From a virus: a stretch of 64,000 nt of DNA. The notes below the pieces were generated by a model. The model saw nothing but the letters and a program-made list of their open reading frames with translations. It searched no databases and was not told the origin of the DNA. The position numbers and the translations under genes were made by a program. This document shows positions 30,502 to 38,632 of the stretch, piece after piece (position 1 is the stretch's first letter; each line of letters opens with the position of its first letter). The stretch is taken from the IMG/VR virus record IMGVR_UViG_3300044716_000883, positions 1 through 64,000 of that record; one strand, 5' to 3'.

Positions 30502-31103
30502 TGCCATTACGTAAAGTATATAGTAGAGATGATATTCTCAGAGCAATGCGCTACACGAAATCAAATCGTGCAGCAGCTAAATATTTGGGATGTTCATACC
30601 AACACTATAAACCGTATGCTAAGTTATATAGGGTTGATGAAAATGACCATACTTCGTCTACATTATTTGATGCTCATAAAAACCAATGTGGTAAAGGTAT
30701 TCCTAAATTCCTACCTAATAGACGTAAGGAACCAAATGTTAAAAACATAATTGAAACAGGTACTGGATGGGAATCGTTTACACCTGAAAAAATTAAAGCA
30801 AGATTAGTTGCTGAAGGTTATTTAAAGGAAGAATGTTACGCTTGTGGATTCTGTGAACGTCGAGTTACAGACTACAAAATGCCGTTACTACTTAATTTTA
30901 AAGATGGTTACAAGAACAACTATCTATTAGATAACTTAGAATTGTTATGTTATAACCACTATTACCTATTAGTAGCTGACCCACTAACACCAGATCAAGT
31001 ACGTCACATTGAAGATAATACAGGTGTTAGAGCAGTAGCGCACGACTGGGACCTAGATGAAGCCGCTTTAGAGAACATGAAAGCATTAGGATTGTTGGAT
31101 TAG
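30501..31103 (+). CDS. HNH-fold protein with degenerate catalytic residues and an N-terminal HTH
   Basis: SNRAAAKYLGCSY helix; CYACG...LNFKDGYKNNYLLDNLELLCYNHY. Confidence 0.7.
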   Translation: MPLRKVYSRDDILRAMRYTKSNRAAAKYLGCSYQHYKPYAKLYRVDENDHTSSTLFDAHKNQCGKGIPKFLPNRRKEPNVKNIIETGTGWESFTPEKIKARLVAEGYLKEECYACGFCERRVTDYKMPLLLNFKDGYKNNYLLDNLELLCYNHYYLLVADPLTPDQVRHIEDNTGVRAVAHDWDLDEAALENMKALGLLD

Positions 31104-31125
31104 GCAAAATAAAGTCGTACATTTA
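31103..31125 (+). promoter_or_regulatory. class I promoter (GGCA-N11-TACATTTA) upstream of the tRNA region
   Basis: Bipartite motif. Confidence 0.6.
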
Positions 31126-31145
31126 CGGTATAAATAAATAAAAAT

Positions 31146-31439
31146 ATGAGTTACGAATTAGCACAAAAATACGCTGACTTTCAAATTCCAAAGGAAATTA
31201 AACAAGCGTACAAATCAGGAGTACAACTAGCTGGATCATTAGGATTTACTAAGATGATGATGTTCGCAAATGAAAATCAAATCACAAACGATGATATTGA
31301 TTATTACATGAACAGAAAACCTCAAAGACAAGAAGACGAGACAGTAGAACAAATGAAAGTACGAGGTAAATTCTCACAAGCATTATATAAGTACAGAGCA
31401 TATTTGTACGATTATTCAGTATACGAAAACCAAAATTAA
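31146..31439 (+). CDS. hypothetical protein
   Basis: ORF after a promoter motif. Confidence 0.55.
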   Translation: MSYELAQKYADFQIPKEIKQAYKSGVQLAGSLGFTKMMMFANENQITNDDIDYYMNRKPQRQEDETVEQMKVRGKFSQALYKYRAYLYDYSVYENQN

Positions 31440-31444
31440 TAAAC

Positions 31445-31666
31445 ATGGGACAGTATTTTCAAGTAAAAGTACAATTTTCTGATATCGATGATAAAGGAAA
31501 GGTAAAAAAGGAAAACATTGCATATTTAGTCGACGCGCAGTCAGTAACTGAGGCAGAAGCTAGAGTAGTAAAATTCCTGACAGATGAAGATGAAACTAAC
31601 TTTGAAGTTAAAGCAGCATCTGAATCTAAAATTGCTCAAGTAATTGTTGCTGATTCAGCAGAATAA
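31445..31666 (+). CDS. DUF4494 family protein
   Basis: YFQVKV...YLVDAQSVTEAEARV matches the Bacteroidetes DUF4494 YLVDAxSxTEAEAR motif. Confidence 0.75.
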   Translation: MGQYFQVKVQFSDIDDKGKVKKENIAYLVDAQSVTEAEARVVKFLTDEDETNFEVKAASESKIAQVIVADSAE

Positions 31667-31672
31667 CCAGCA

Positions 31673-31744
31673 GCTCAGTTCGACTAAGGGTTAGGTCACA
31701 TCCCTTTCACGGATGTAATACGGGTTCGAATCCCGTACTGAGTA
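31673..31744 (+). tRNA. tRNA-Glu (TTC)
   Basis: Acceptor GCTCAGT/ACTGAGT, anticodon arm CATCC-CTTTCAC-GGATG, T loop TTCGAAT; no encoded CCA. Confidence 0.9.
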
Positions 31745-31749
31745 CACAC

Positions 31750-31825
31750 TCCAGAATAGCTCAGCAGGTAGAGCAACTGATTTGTAATCAGTAGGTCGCA
31801 AGTTCGATTCTTGTTTCTGGATCCA
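31750..31825 (+). tRNA. tRNA-Thr (TGT)
   Basis: TCCAGAA/TTCTGGA, CTGA-TTTGTAA-TCAG, encoded CCA. Confidence 0.92.
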
Positions 31826-31925
31826 AGCCGAATCGTAATCGGAAAACCAAGTGCAAAAGCTCAACCACGGCCGTGGAAGCACAGGCTAACGACCTAATAT
31901 GAGCCAGGTATAGGGGTGCTATACC
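31826..31925 (+). ncRNA. unassigned structured RNA between tRNA-Thr and tRNA-Ser
   Basis: Several short GC helices, including a 7-bp GGTATAG/CTATACC stem; no family recognised. Confidence 0.35.
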
Positions 31926-31929
31926 AAAT

Positions 31930-32016
31930 GGAAGCTTGCCAGAGTGGTTGAATGGAACGGTCTTGAAAACCGTCATACTGGAAACGGTATCTGGGGTTCG
32001 AATCCCTGAGCTTCCG
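31930..32016 (+). tRNA. tRNA-Ser (TGA)
   Basis: GGAAGCT/AGCTTCC, ACGGT-CTTGAAA-ACCGT, long variable arm, G73. Confidence 0.92.
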
Positions 32017-32021
32017 CAAAC

Positions 32022-32092
32022 TGCCCTTTAGTATAACGGTAGTACGACAGTTTTTGGTACTGTTTGTTGAGGTTCGAATCCTTGAGGGGCAA
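32022..32092 (+). tRNA. tRNA-Gln (TTG)
   Basis: TGCCCTT/AGGGGCA, ACAGT-TTTTGGT-ACTGT, GGTTCGAATCC. Confidence 0.88.
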
Positions 32093-32123
32093 CATTAGAT
32101 TATTATCTTAAAAATAAAAAATT

Positions 32124-32351
32124 ATGTTTTGGACAATTTACGCAATAAGCGTTATTTATTGCTTTTATCAATTAGTAAAACGCTACAGAGCAACTGACTT
32201 AAGAGGTGGTGGATTAGATTCAGCCCCAGGATTAGATGGAGTTATGGTACTTTTCCTAGCACCAGTATTAGCTGTAGTTGACGTTACTTTAACTTGGATA
32301 AGAATTTATAAAGAAGCTGAAGAAGCAAGACGAAGAAACAATACACTGTAG
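32124..32351 (+). CDS. small 2-TM membrane protein within the tRNA cluster
   Basis: Two hydrophobic segments; its stop overlaps the 5' end of the tRNA-like RNA. Confidence 0.55.
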   Translation: MFWTIYAISVIYCFYQLVKRYRATDLRGGGLDSAPGLDGVMVLFLAPVLAVVDVTLTWIRIYKEAEEARRRNNTL

Positions 32352-32505
32352 GGTGGCGGAATAGAGGTAGCTCCTCGTGGCAGACGTGCCCTCTCGTCTA
32401 GGGGGTGCTGATCAGAGACAGATGTAAGATATGGGTTGACCACAAAGCCGGCTTATTTGTCTTACATTGAATCGCAGCGTGCTGGTTCAACCCCAGCCCC
32501 TACAG
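32347..32505 (+). ncRNA. 159-nt tRNA-like RNA with a D-loop hairpin insertion and a 75-nt variable arm
   Basis: Acceptor TGTAGGG/CCCTACA plus G73; Leu-type D arm; anticodon arm CCCTC-TCGTCTA-GGGGG; T arm GCTGG-TTCAACC-CCAGC. Confidence 0.7.
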
Positions 32506-32510
32506 CAAAT

Positions 32511-32596
32511 GCCTTGGTGGTGAAATAGGTAGACACGCAGGACTTAAAATCCTGTTCGCAGCAATGCGAGTGCGAGTTCGATTCTCGCCTGAGGCA
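32511..32596 (+). tRNA. tRNA-Leu (TAA)
   Basis: GCCTTGG/CTGAGGC, CAGGA-CTTAAAA-TCCTG, variable arm, A73. Confidence 0.92.
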
Positions 32597-32611
32597 CAAA
32601 TAATTATATAC

Positions 32612-32944
32612 ATGGCATGTCACTGCTTATACTTGAAAAATTCAGATGAATTTTACTCATTATTAAAGAGTAGAGATTCAGATATGATCATGAAGATGGT
32701 CAAATGTGTACTTAGTGCAGCTAAACGAAATAAAAAAACCATCGATATATTTGATATCACGTTCAAAAATACAGATGGTTTGATTTTTACTATTGATAAA
32801 TCGCAGTATACCGAATTATTAAGCAACTGCCTAAACGATCTAATCGCACTTGAAGAATACGAATTGTGCGCTGAGATCAAGAAATTTATTGATAAGAAAT
32901 CAAAAAGTAAAAAATCAGGGGATGTCCAGGTATTTGATCTATAA
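32612..32944 (+). CDS. hypothetical protein with a UVR-like C-terminal motif
   Basis: ALEEYELCAEIKK; the track start at 32564 lies inside tRNA-Leu so 32612 is preferred; the last 27 nt overlap the tmRNA. Confidence 0.55.
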   Translation: MACHCLYLKNSDEFYSLLKSRDSDMIMKMVKCVLSAAKRNKKTIDIFDITFKNTDGLIFTIDKSQYTELLSNCLNDLIALEEYELCAEIKKFIDKKSKSKKSGDVQVFDL

Positions 32945-33283
32945 TCTGGAGGTAGTACCACACGCGGACAAAGCATGAATGTCCTTAAACCCTTGCGAAA
33001 CAATAACTGTAGAATTATCTACTATGACCTTCGACGACATGATGTCTTTCGTAGGTGCGAACGAGTACGCATTAGCGGCTTAATTAGCGTCGGGTGTAAC
33101 ATCCTAGGAACAGAAGTTACAAGCAGTTTACCCAAACGTTAAATGGGTTGGTGGAACGCTATACTAACCATATGGCCCCAATTCTTTTGGAACAGTAGTA
33201 AGATTAAACTGTTAAACTAAGCGTGTGAGACGTTGGTATTATTGTTCGTTATAGAGACACCGGTTCGACTCCGGTCATCTCCA
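32918..33283 (+). ncRNA. ssrA: tmRNA
   Basis: GGGGATG/CATCTCC acceptor with G3:U70 and A73; T arm ACCGG-TTCGACT-CCGGT; tag ORF 33009-33083 VELSTMTFDDMMSFVGANEYALAA* after ATAACT. Confidence 0.93.
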
Positions 33284-33290
33284 CAACTTA

Positions 33291-33317
33291 AAGCAACCGT
33301 AACTGGTTGCTTTTTTT
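33291..33317 (+). terminator. intrinsic terminator after the tmRNA
   Basis: AAGCAACCG-TAAC-TGGTTGCTT followed by a T run. Confidence 0.85.
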
Positions 33318-33353
33318 CATCATATTTATAGGTAACCATTATAAATTAAAAAG

Positions 33354-34004
33354 ATGAAACAAAAAATTAGTGCTATCGCCATAGGCATGCGCGACAAATT
33401 AGTACTGGGTTTTTTTATGCTTGTTGGAGTCATTATTATGGCTGCCCTAGTAGCTCAGTTGTACTTCGTATATTGTGAGATTTTCAAATCACACGAAGAA
33501 AACCTACAAATGGTTAATGAAATTAACTGGAAAATTGACGGTAGGTGGAAAAACGACCCAAACAACATTTGGTATAACGCAGATGAACATATCTGGGTTC
33601 AAAGCGTAACTAACAAAGTAGTTATCGGTAAATTAGCAGGTAACCGCAACTTAGAGTTCGGTGTTAAAAACGTACTAGAAGAGTACTTACAAGAAAAAGG
33701 ATTAAACCTATCCCCAGATGCTGAACAAAAAATTAAAGTAGAAATCATTTATTTAGATGTTTTAACTACTAAGAAAAATGTGTCTGTATTTCATAAAAAC
33801 GAACAAGAAGTCGTTATTCGCTTAAAAGGTATACTATACAAAGACGGTATTAAAGAGAAAGAGGTAATAGTTGAAGAATCATCATCTGAAATCTCTATGT
33901 CAACTCTAATAGTAGATGAAGGTGGTAAATTCAACCAAACAAGCTTAAGTAATGCACTTAAGAAGGGTTGTGATAAATTAATCACAAAACTATTAGAAAA
34001 ATAA
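33354..34004 (+). CDS. membrane-anchored CsgG/LpoB-like alpha/beta protein
   Basis: N-terminal TM; C-terminal KFNQTSLSNALKK parallels KFNQSTVSIATKK of 39877. Confidence 0.45.
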   Translation: MKQKISAIAIGMRDKLVLGFFMLVGVIIMAALVAQLYFVYCEIFKSHEENLQMVNEINWKIDGRWKNDPNNIWYNADEHIWVQSVTNKVVIGKLAGNRNLEFGVKNVLEEYLQEKGLNLSPDAEQKIKVEIIYLDVLTTKKNVSVFHKNEQEVVIRLKGILYKDGIKEKEVIVEESSSEISMSTLIVDEGGKFNQTSLSNALKKGCDKLITKLLEK

Positions 34005-35633
34005 ATGAAAAAACTATTACTAATTATTGGGATACTAATAGTATCCATAACAACTAATGCTCAGATAGTTGTAAACCAATCTATTTCTGCTGGACCTTAT
34101 AAAGTAGGTGATACAGTTACTGTAACTTATACAGTTGATAAGGGTATAACTAAACCACGTTATTTCTGGTTAAGATACCAATTTAACAATAAGGCTTTAA
34201 CTTATTTATCAACTACATTCTCACAGGGTAGTCAAGCTCAAACATTCTATACTGGTTGGACTAACTATAGATTTACACCTAAATCAAATATAAGCGATAC
34301 ATCGCTGTATGGTCAGTATCAAGCTACACCTTGGTCGTATGCTGTAAACGCAGATTGGAATGTTGGACAATTAGCAATCCAAAGAGCAGACAGAAGTATA
34401 GATGGTATAATAGCAACTCAAAGATATATTCTTAAAGACCAAAATGTATATGAGAATTTTCATGATTTAGATTTATCATATGCGTTAGACAGTGCAACTG
34501 GTAATAATATTCCGTTTGTTAGAACAACTGCTGTTCCTTTATCAATTACTGGAGTAAGTGGTAATACATCTTTCTTTAAAGTAAGAGTATTATTTCCATC
34601 TGGATACAATATCAGTGATCATTCAGTTCAGTTAATGAGATTAAAAACTGATGGTAGTGGTGATATTGATTGGTCACAACAACCAATTTTACAGAAAGCA
34701 TTAGATGCTAGTGGTGAGGCTATATTCACAACAGGTGTTAAAGTTGGTGATTCGTTAGGTGTATTCGTTGGAAACGCATCATCTAAAAGCTGGATGAATA
34801 ATGTAATAACTGTATCAGATGCATATAGAGCATTTTTAGGACATTCTCAAACTGATATAGCAGGTAATAGTACATTCTTTACAAGACCTACACTTGAAAG
34901 AAGAATTGGTAATGTGACTAGAAACGATATGACATTTACTGAAGCAGATGCTTATTATTCATTTGCACACGTAATGGGAATTGATGTATCTGCTAATGCT
35001 TTCATTCCAACATCAACATCTACATCTTGGAGATGGCATAGTGGATTATTAAATCAAAGTTGGTTAGATGGTACTTCAAGATATAGAGTGTATATTACTC
35101 AACCTGCACAAACAGTAGATGCTGTATTTGCTTGGGGTGGTGACTTAGATTGGTCACATTCATCTCATCCTGATACAATCGCTGCAAGAATATCAAGTGG
35201 TGTATTTACAAATAGTACAGGTGAAACTATAAAAATTGGTACTATGTCTTACAAAGCACCAGTACTAGAGAAAGCAACATTAAGTTTAACCTCAGCAATT
35301 GAAAATAACAAAGTAACATTATCAGCAAACTTAACTAAAGCGGATTTAGCTGGTTTAGAAGTAATTATGCAATATGATAGTACTAAATTAACATTAACAG
35401 ATGTTATATTTGATGCTGGTAGCACAATTACAAATTTCTCAACACACAATGATGGTAGATTAACATTTGGTTCTATTGATCAATTAAAGACAGCTAGAAT
35501 TAAAGTTGGTACTCCATATAAATTAATATTCACGCCTAAAGTACCTTTAAGTAACACTGCAGGTTTATTCTATACAGTATTAGCAGATGCAGTTGATGCG
35601 ACTGGTAAAAAGATAGAATTAATAGTTGAATAG
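34005..35633 (+). CDS. secreted cohesin / dockerin-like / cohesin protein
   Basis: Signal peptide TNA|Q; cohesin-like GDTVTVT...YQFNNKALTY and AGLEVIMQYDSTKLTL; dockerin-like ITVSDAY...FTEADAY...WGGDLD. Confidence 0.65.
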   Translation: MKKLLLIIGILIVSITTNAQIVVNQSISAGPYKVGDTVTVTYTVDKGITKPRYFWLRYQFNNKALTYLSTTFSQGSQAQTFYTGWTNYRFTPKSNISDTSLYGQYQATPWSYAVNADWNVGQLAIQRADRSIDGIIATQRYILKDQNVYENFHDLDLSYALDSATGNNIPFVRTTAVPLSITGVSGNTSFFKVRVLFPSGYNISDHSVQLMRLKTDGSGDIDWSQQPILQKALDASGEAIFTTGVKVGDSLGVFVGNASSKSWMNNVITVSDAYRAFLGHSQTDIAGNSTFFTRPTLERRIGNVTRNDMTFTEADAYYSFAHVMGIDVSANAFIPTSTSTSWRWHSGLLNQSWLDGTSRYRVYITQPAQTVDAVFAWGGDLDWSHSSHPDTIAARISSGVFTNSTGETIKIGTMSYKAPVLEKATLSLTSAIENNKVTLSANLTKADLAGLEVIMQYDSTKLTLTDVIFDAGSTITNFSTHNDGRLTFGSIDQLKTARIKVGTPYKLIFTPKVPLSNTAGLFYTVLADAVDATGKKIELIVE

Positions 35634-35634
35634 T

Positions 35635-37908
35635 ATGAAACAAATATTAGTTACATTATTCTTATTGATATCATTTTTAGGGTTCGGACAGAGTGTATCT
35701 GCTCCGGACTCTAAATCGTTCTTACCTTCTACAGCAGGGCAAGATGCTAGTGGGTTTAGTTTAAGTGGTTTTAGCTCAACTGCTAATTTACTAGCATCAA
35801 TCAGTTTAGTTAATCCACCAACTGGTACAACATTTAACCTAACTACAACAACAGGTCTAACCGCAGCAAGTGGATTCACTTTAGCAGGTAATAAAACTCG
35901 TTTAGTGGTAACAGGAACAATGGCTAATATCAATACGGCATTAGCATCTCTAAAAGTAAACACAGGTTCGGTAAGAGGTAATGTTCAATTATCGGTAGCA
36001 GCAACTGTAAACCCAACTGGTTTCTTTTACAATGGAACAAACGGACACTTTTATAGACCAATATCAACAACGGCAACTTATACAGGAGCAAGAGCGGCCG
36101 CTGAATTAACAACATTCAAAGGCCAGCAAGGATATTTAGTAACAATAACTTCAGCCGATGAAGATGCTTTTATTTTTAATAATGTACCACAAGGTAATAT
36201 TTGGTTTGCATTAACCGATGAAGCAAGTGAAGCAAGATGGACAATTGATGCAGGTCCTGAAAAAGGAACTTTAATTAAAATCAATAATGGTCAATTAAAT
36301 GGAAACATACCAGGTCAATACAATAACTGGGCACCTGGTGAACCGAACAATAGTGGTAATGAAGATTACGCAGTAACTAAATGGAGTGGTGGTTCTCAAT
36401 GGAATGATTTACCAAATGGTTTTTGGAATCCTTATGTAATTGAATATGGAACTTGGACTAATCCTGATGATGCTACATTCACTGAATTCTATACTAATAG
36501 TGTAACACACTCAAATGGTGAAGTATTAACAGCACGCTTTAATTTTGATTTTGGAGGTAATGTAGATGAAACTAGATTCTCAACTAAAGCAAATACATTT
36601 GTAAACAATACTTGGAATGAAGTAAGTAGTATAACTAGACCATTAAGTGGTTTAGGTAAAGTGGATGCAACGAGCCTATTAGATACCCTAAAAGTTAATG
36701 ATGGTATTAAAGCAACTATAGTACCAGGACAAGTAGAATGGTCACTTATAAACCCATATGAAACATCAAGAAACGGACATAGATTGCAAATCGATGAAAG
36801 AGTATTTAGTGGGACTGGTATTAACTTAAACACAGTAAAATATGTAAAGTTATTTGATATATACGAAGGTCCAATCGCACCAATGGATTTTAATGGATGG
36901 TGGAAACAATGGGTAGTACCTGGAAATGTTAATTTGGCTAGTAAAGTAACAGCAAGTTCATTTCAAAATAATATACGATTACAAGATGGGTGGTATGCAT
37001 TTAGAGCAGATTATTCATTTGCACCAAATACAATGTTTAAACAACATGGTATTGAATTAACAACTAATCAAACTGATTTAAATACATTATATAATAGTAT
37101 AGTAACTGTATCAGATGTGTTTATAGCATTTAAAGAATTATCAAATGGTGGTATATTCGGAAATGAAACTGGTAATGAGTTTGCGTATGGTATTCAATAT
37201 ATGAATGCTGATGTTGATGGCAATGGTGTATTCAATGAAGCAGATACTTATAGACTATTACAACATTTAACAGGAGTAAAATCACTTACAGAATATTCAA
37301 CATTAACGTACTTAATGAAATTGTATGGTAAATCGGATTACGACGCTATAACTAAATCAAATTGGAATACACAGTTTAACTATACAAGAAATTTATACCC
37401 ATTCAGCCTAAATACAGGTACACTTAACAACACTTACAATATAGATGTAACTTGGGTTGGTGATGTAAACTTATCCCACTCAGCAATACCTGCTTCAAAT
37501 AACGTAACAATTATGTCTGTAGGTACTACATCTGTACCAAATGAAATTAACGCTTCAATTGTTACTGAGGTAAGTGATAAAATATATGCTTACATTACTT
37601 TAGACCCACTACAACAACAAGTAGTGGGAACCCAATTCCAATTAAATTATGATAATTCAGTATTGAAATTTGAAGGTGTAGAATTTAAAACTAAGGGTAG
37701 TCCAATGAACTATGGTACTAATAAAAATAGCTTTATAAATTTAGGCTCACTAATTAGTGATGGTAGTACTACATTAGATAATACTACTGAATATAAAATA
37801 ACATTCACATCAACAACTAAACTTGATAATATATTAGGTTTAATATCAATAGGTGCTACTGATGCCGTTAATAAAGCAGGCGTACAATTAAAAGTTAAAG
37901 TAAAATAA
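35635..37908 (+). CDS. secreted C-type lectin / dockerin / cohesin protein
   Basis: Signal peptide GFG|Q; CTLD GHFY...YLVTITSADE...NWAPGEPNN...WND; ADVDGNGVFNEAD Ca loop; VGTQFQLNYDNSVL cohesin-like. Confidence 0.75.
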   Translation: MKQILVTLFLLISFLGFGQSVSAPDSKSFLPSTAGQDASGFSLSGFSSTANLLASISLVNPPTGTTFNLTTTTGLTAASGFTLAGNKTRLVVTGTMANINTALASLKVNTGSVRGNVQLSVAATVNPTGFFYNGTNGHFYRPISTTATYTGARAAAELTTFKGQQGYLVTITSADEDAFIFNNVPQGNIWFALTDEASEARWTIDAGPEKGTLIKINNGQLNGNIPGQYNNWAPGEPNNSGNEDYAVTKWSGGSQWNDLPNGFWNPYVIEYGTWTNPDDATFTEFYTNSVTHSNGEVLTARFNFDFGGNVDETRFSTKANTFVNNTWNEVSSITRPLSGLGKVDATSLLDTLKVNDGIKATIVPGQVEWSLINPYETSRNGHRLQIDERVFSGTGINLNTVKYVKLFDIYEGPIAPMDFNGWWKQWVVPGNVNLASKVTASSFQNNIRLQDGWYAFRADYSFAPNTMFKQHGIELTTNQTDLNTLYNSIVTVSDVFIAFKELSNGGIFGNETGNEFAYGIQYMNADVDGNGVFNEADTYRLLQHLTGVKSLTEYSTLTYLMKLYGKSDYDAITKSNWNTQFNYTRNLYPFSLNTGTLNNTYNIDVTWVGDVNLSHSAIPASNNVTIMSVGTTSVPNEINASIVTEVSDKIYAYITLDPLQQQVVGTQFQLNYDNSVLKFEGVEFKTKGSPMNYGTNKNSFINLGSLISDGSTTLDNTTEYKITFTSTTKLDNILGLISIGATDAVNKAGVQLKVKVK

Positions 37909-38243
37909 TGAAAAAATTACTATTCATATTATTACTATTATCAGCTTGTAAAAAGGTAGACGTACCACCACAACCACCAACGGTACAGGATATATTCAGC
38001 GTTGCTGAATCTACTGTGTCTAATGGTGGAGATATTTACTTTGATTTGAAAGCAGCAGGTACATATACCTTAACAATGTTAGACCAAACCCAAAACGTAA
38101 TCACAAGGGAGCGTATTAGTGGTAAAGTTGGCCAAAACAAATTAAAAATATACACTAGTTCGCTACCAGTTAAATATTTATATCTAGTACTGGAAGACCA
38201 ATCCCGTACTCAAATAGGTAAAACCGCCATTAAAATTAATTAA
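37908..38243 (+). CDS. lipoprotein consisting of a T9SS C-terminal-domain-like module
   Basis: Lipobox LSAC; YTLTMLDQTQNVI...GQNKLKIYTSSLP...YLVL...TAIKIN. Confidence 0.6.
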   Translation: MKKLLFILLLLSACKKVDVPPQPPTVQDIFSVAESTVSNGGDIYFDLKAAGTYTLTMLDQTQNVITRERISGKVGQNKLKIYTSSLPVKYLYLVLEDQSRTQIGKTAIKIN

Positions 38244-38254
38244 AGATGAACGCA

Positions 38255-38620
38255 ATGAAGAAAATATTAGCAGTTGCAGCTATCCTATTTGTAGGATGTA
38301 CTAAAGTGGATGTACCAACACCACAACCCCCAGTAACAAACGCTGAATTAAAAATAACTAGCGCAGTAGGTATTAAATTACAATCACCATTCGTAACAAA
38401 CGAAGTTGCTATGAATGTTAAAAGTGATGTAGCGCAGTCAGTTACAATTAGAATATTTGATATCTCAAACAGAGTAGTATCAAAAGAAACAGTAAACGTA
38501 ATCGTTGGTGATAATATCTTAAAAGTATACACATCAGCATTACCACCATCAGCGTACAGAATTGGATTATTCGATGCTAATGGTAATCAATTAGGAATCA
38601 CAGATTTTAACAAACTATAA
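38255..38620 (+). CDS. lipoprotein consisting of a T9SS C-terminal-domain-like module
   Basis: Lipobox FVGC; SPF...VTIRIFDISNRVV...GDNILKVYTSALPPSAYRI; paralog of 37908. Confidence 0.65.
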   Translation: MKKILAVAAILFVGCTKVDVPTPQPPVTNAELKITSAVGIKLQSPFVTNEVAMNVKSDVAQSVTIRIFDISNRVVSKETVNVIVGDNILKVYTSALPPSAYRIGLFDANGNQLGITDFNKL

Positions 38621-38632
38621 AAATTAAATAAC

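Noticed and set aside
31826-31925. SRP RNA, c-di-GMP-I riboswitch or theta ribozyme
   Set aside because: Only fragments match (GGAAGCA, GGCTAA); the required helices and loops could not be built.
31691-31976. Minus-strand ORFs 31691..31882 and 31788..31976
   Set aside because: Antisense to well-formed tRNAs.
32347-32505. Ordinary tRNA-Asp, or a tRNA with a group I intron
   Set aside because: C33/T37 loop and Leu-type D arm are atypical; the insertions are too short and lack group I core elements.
32564-32611. Track start of the ORF ending at 32944
   Set aside because: Lies inside tRNA-Leu; the ATG at 32612 is more plausible.
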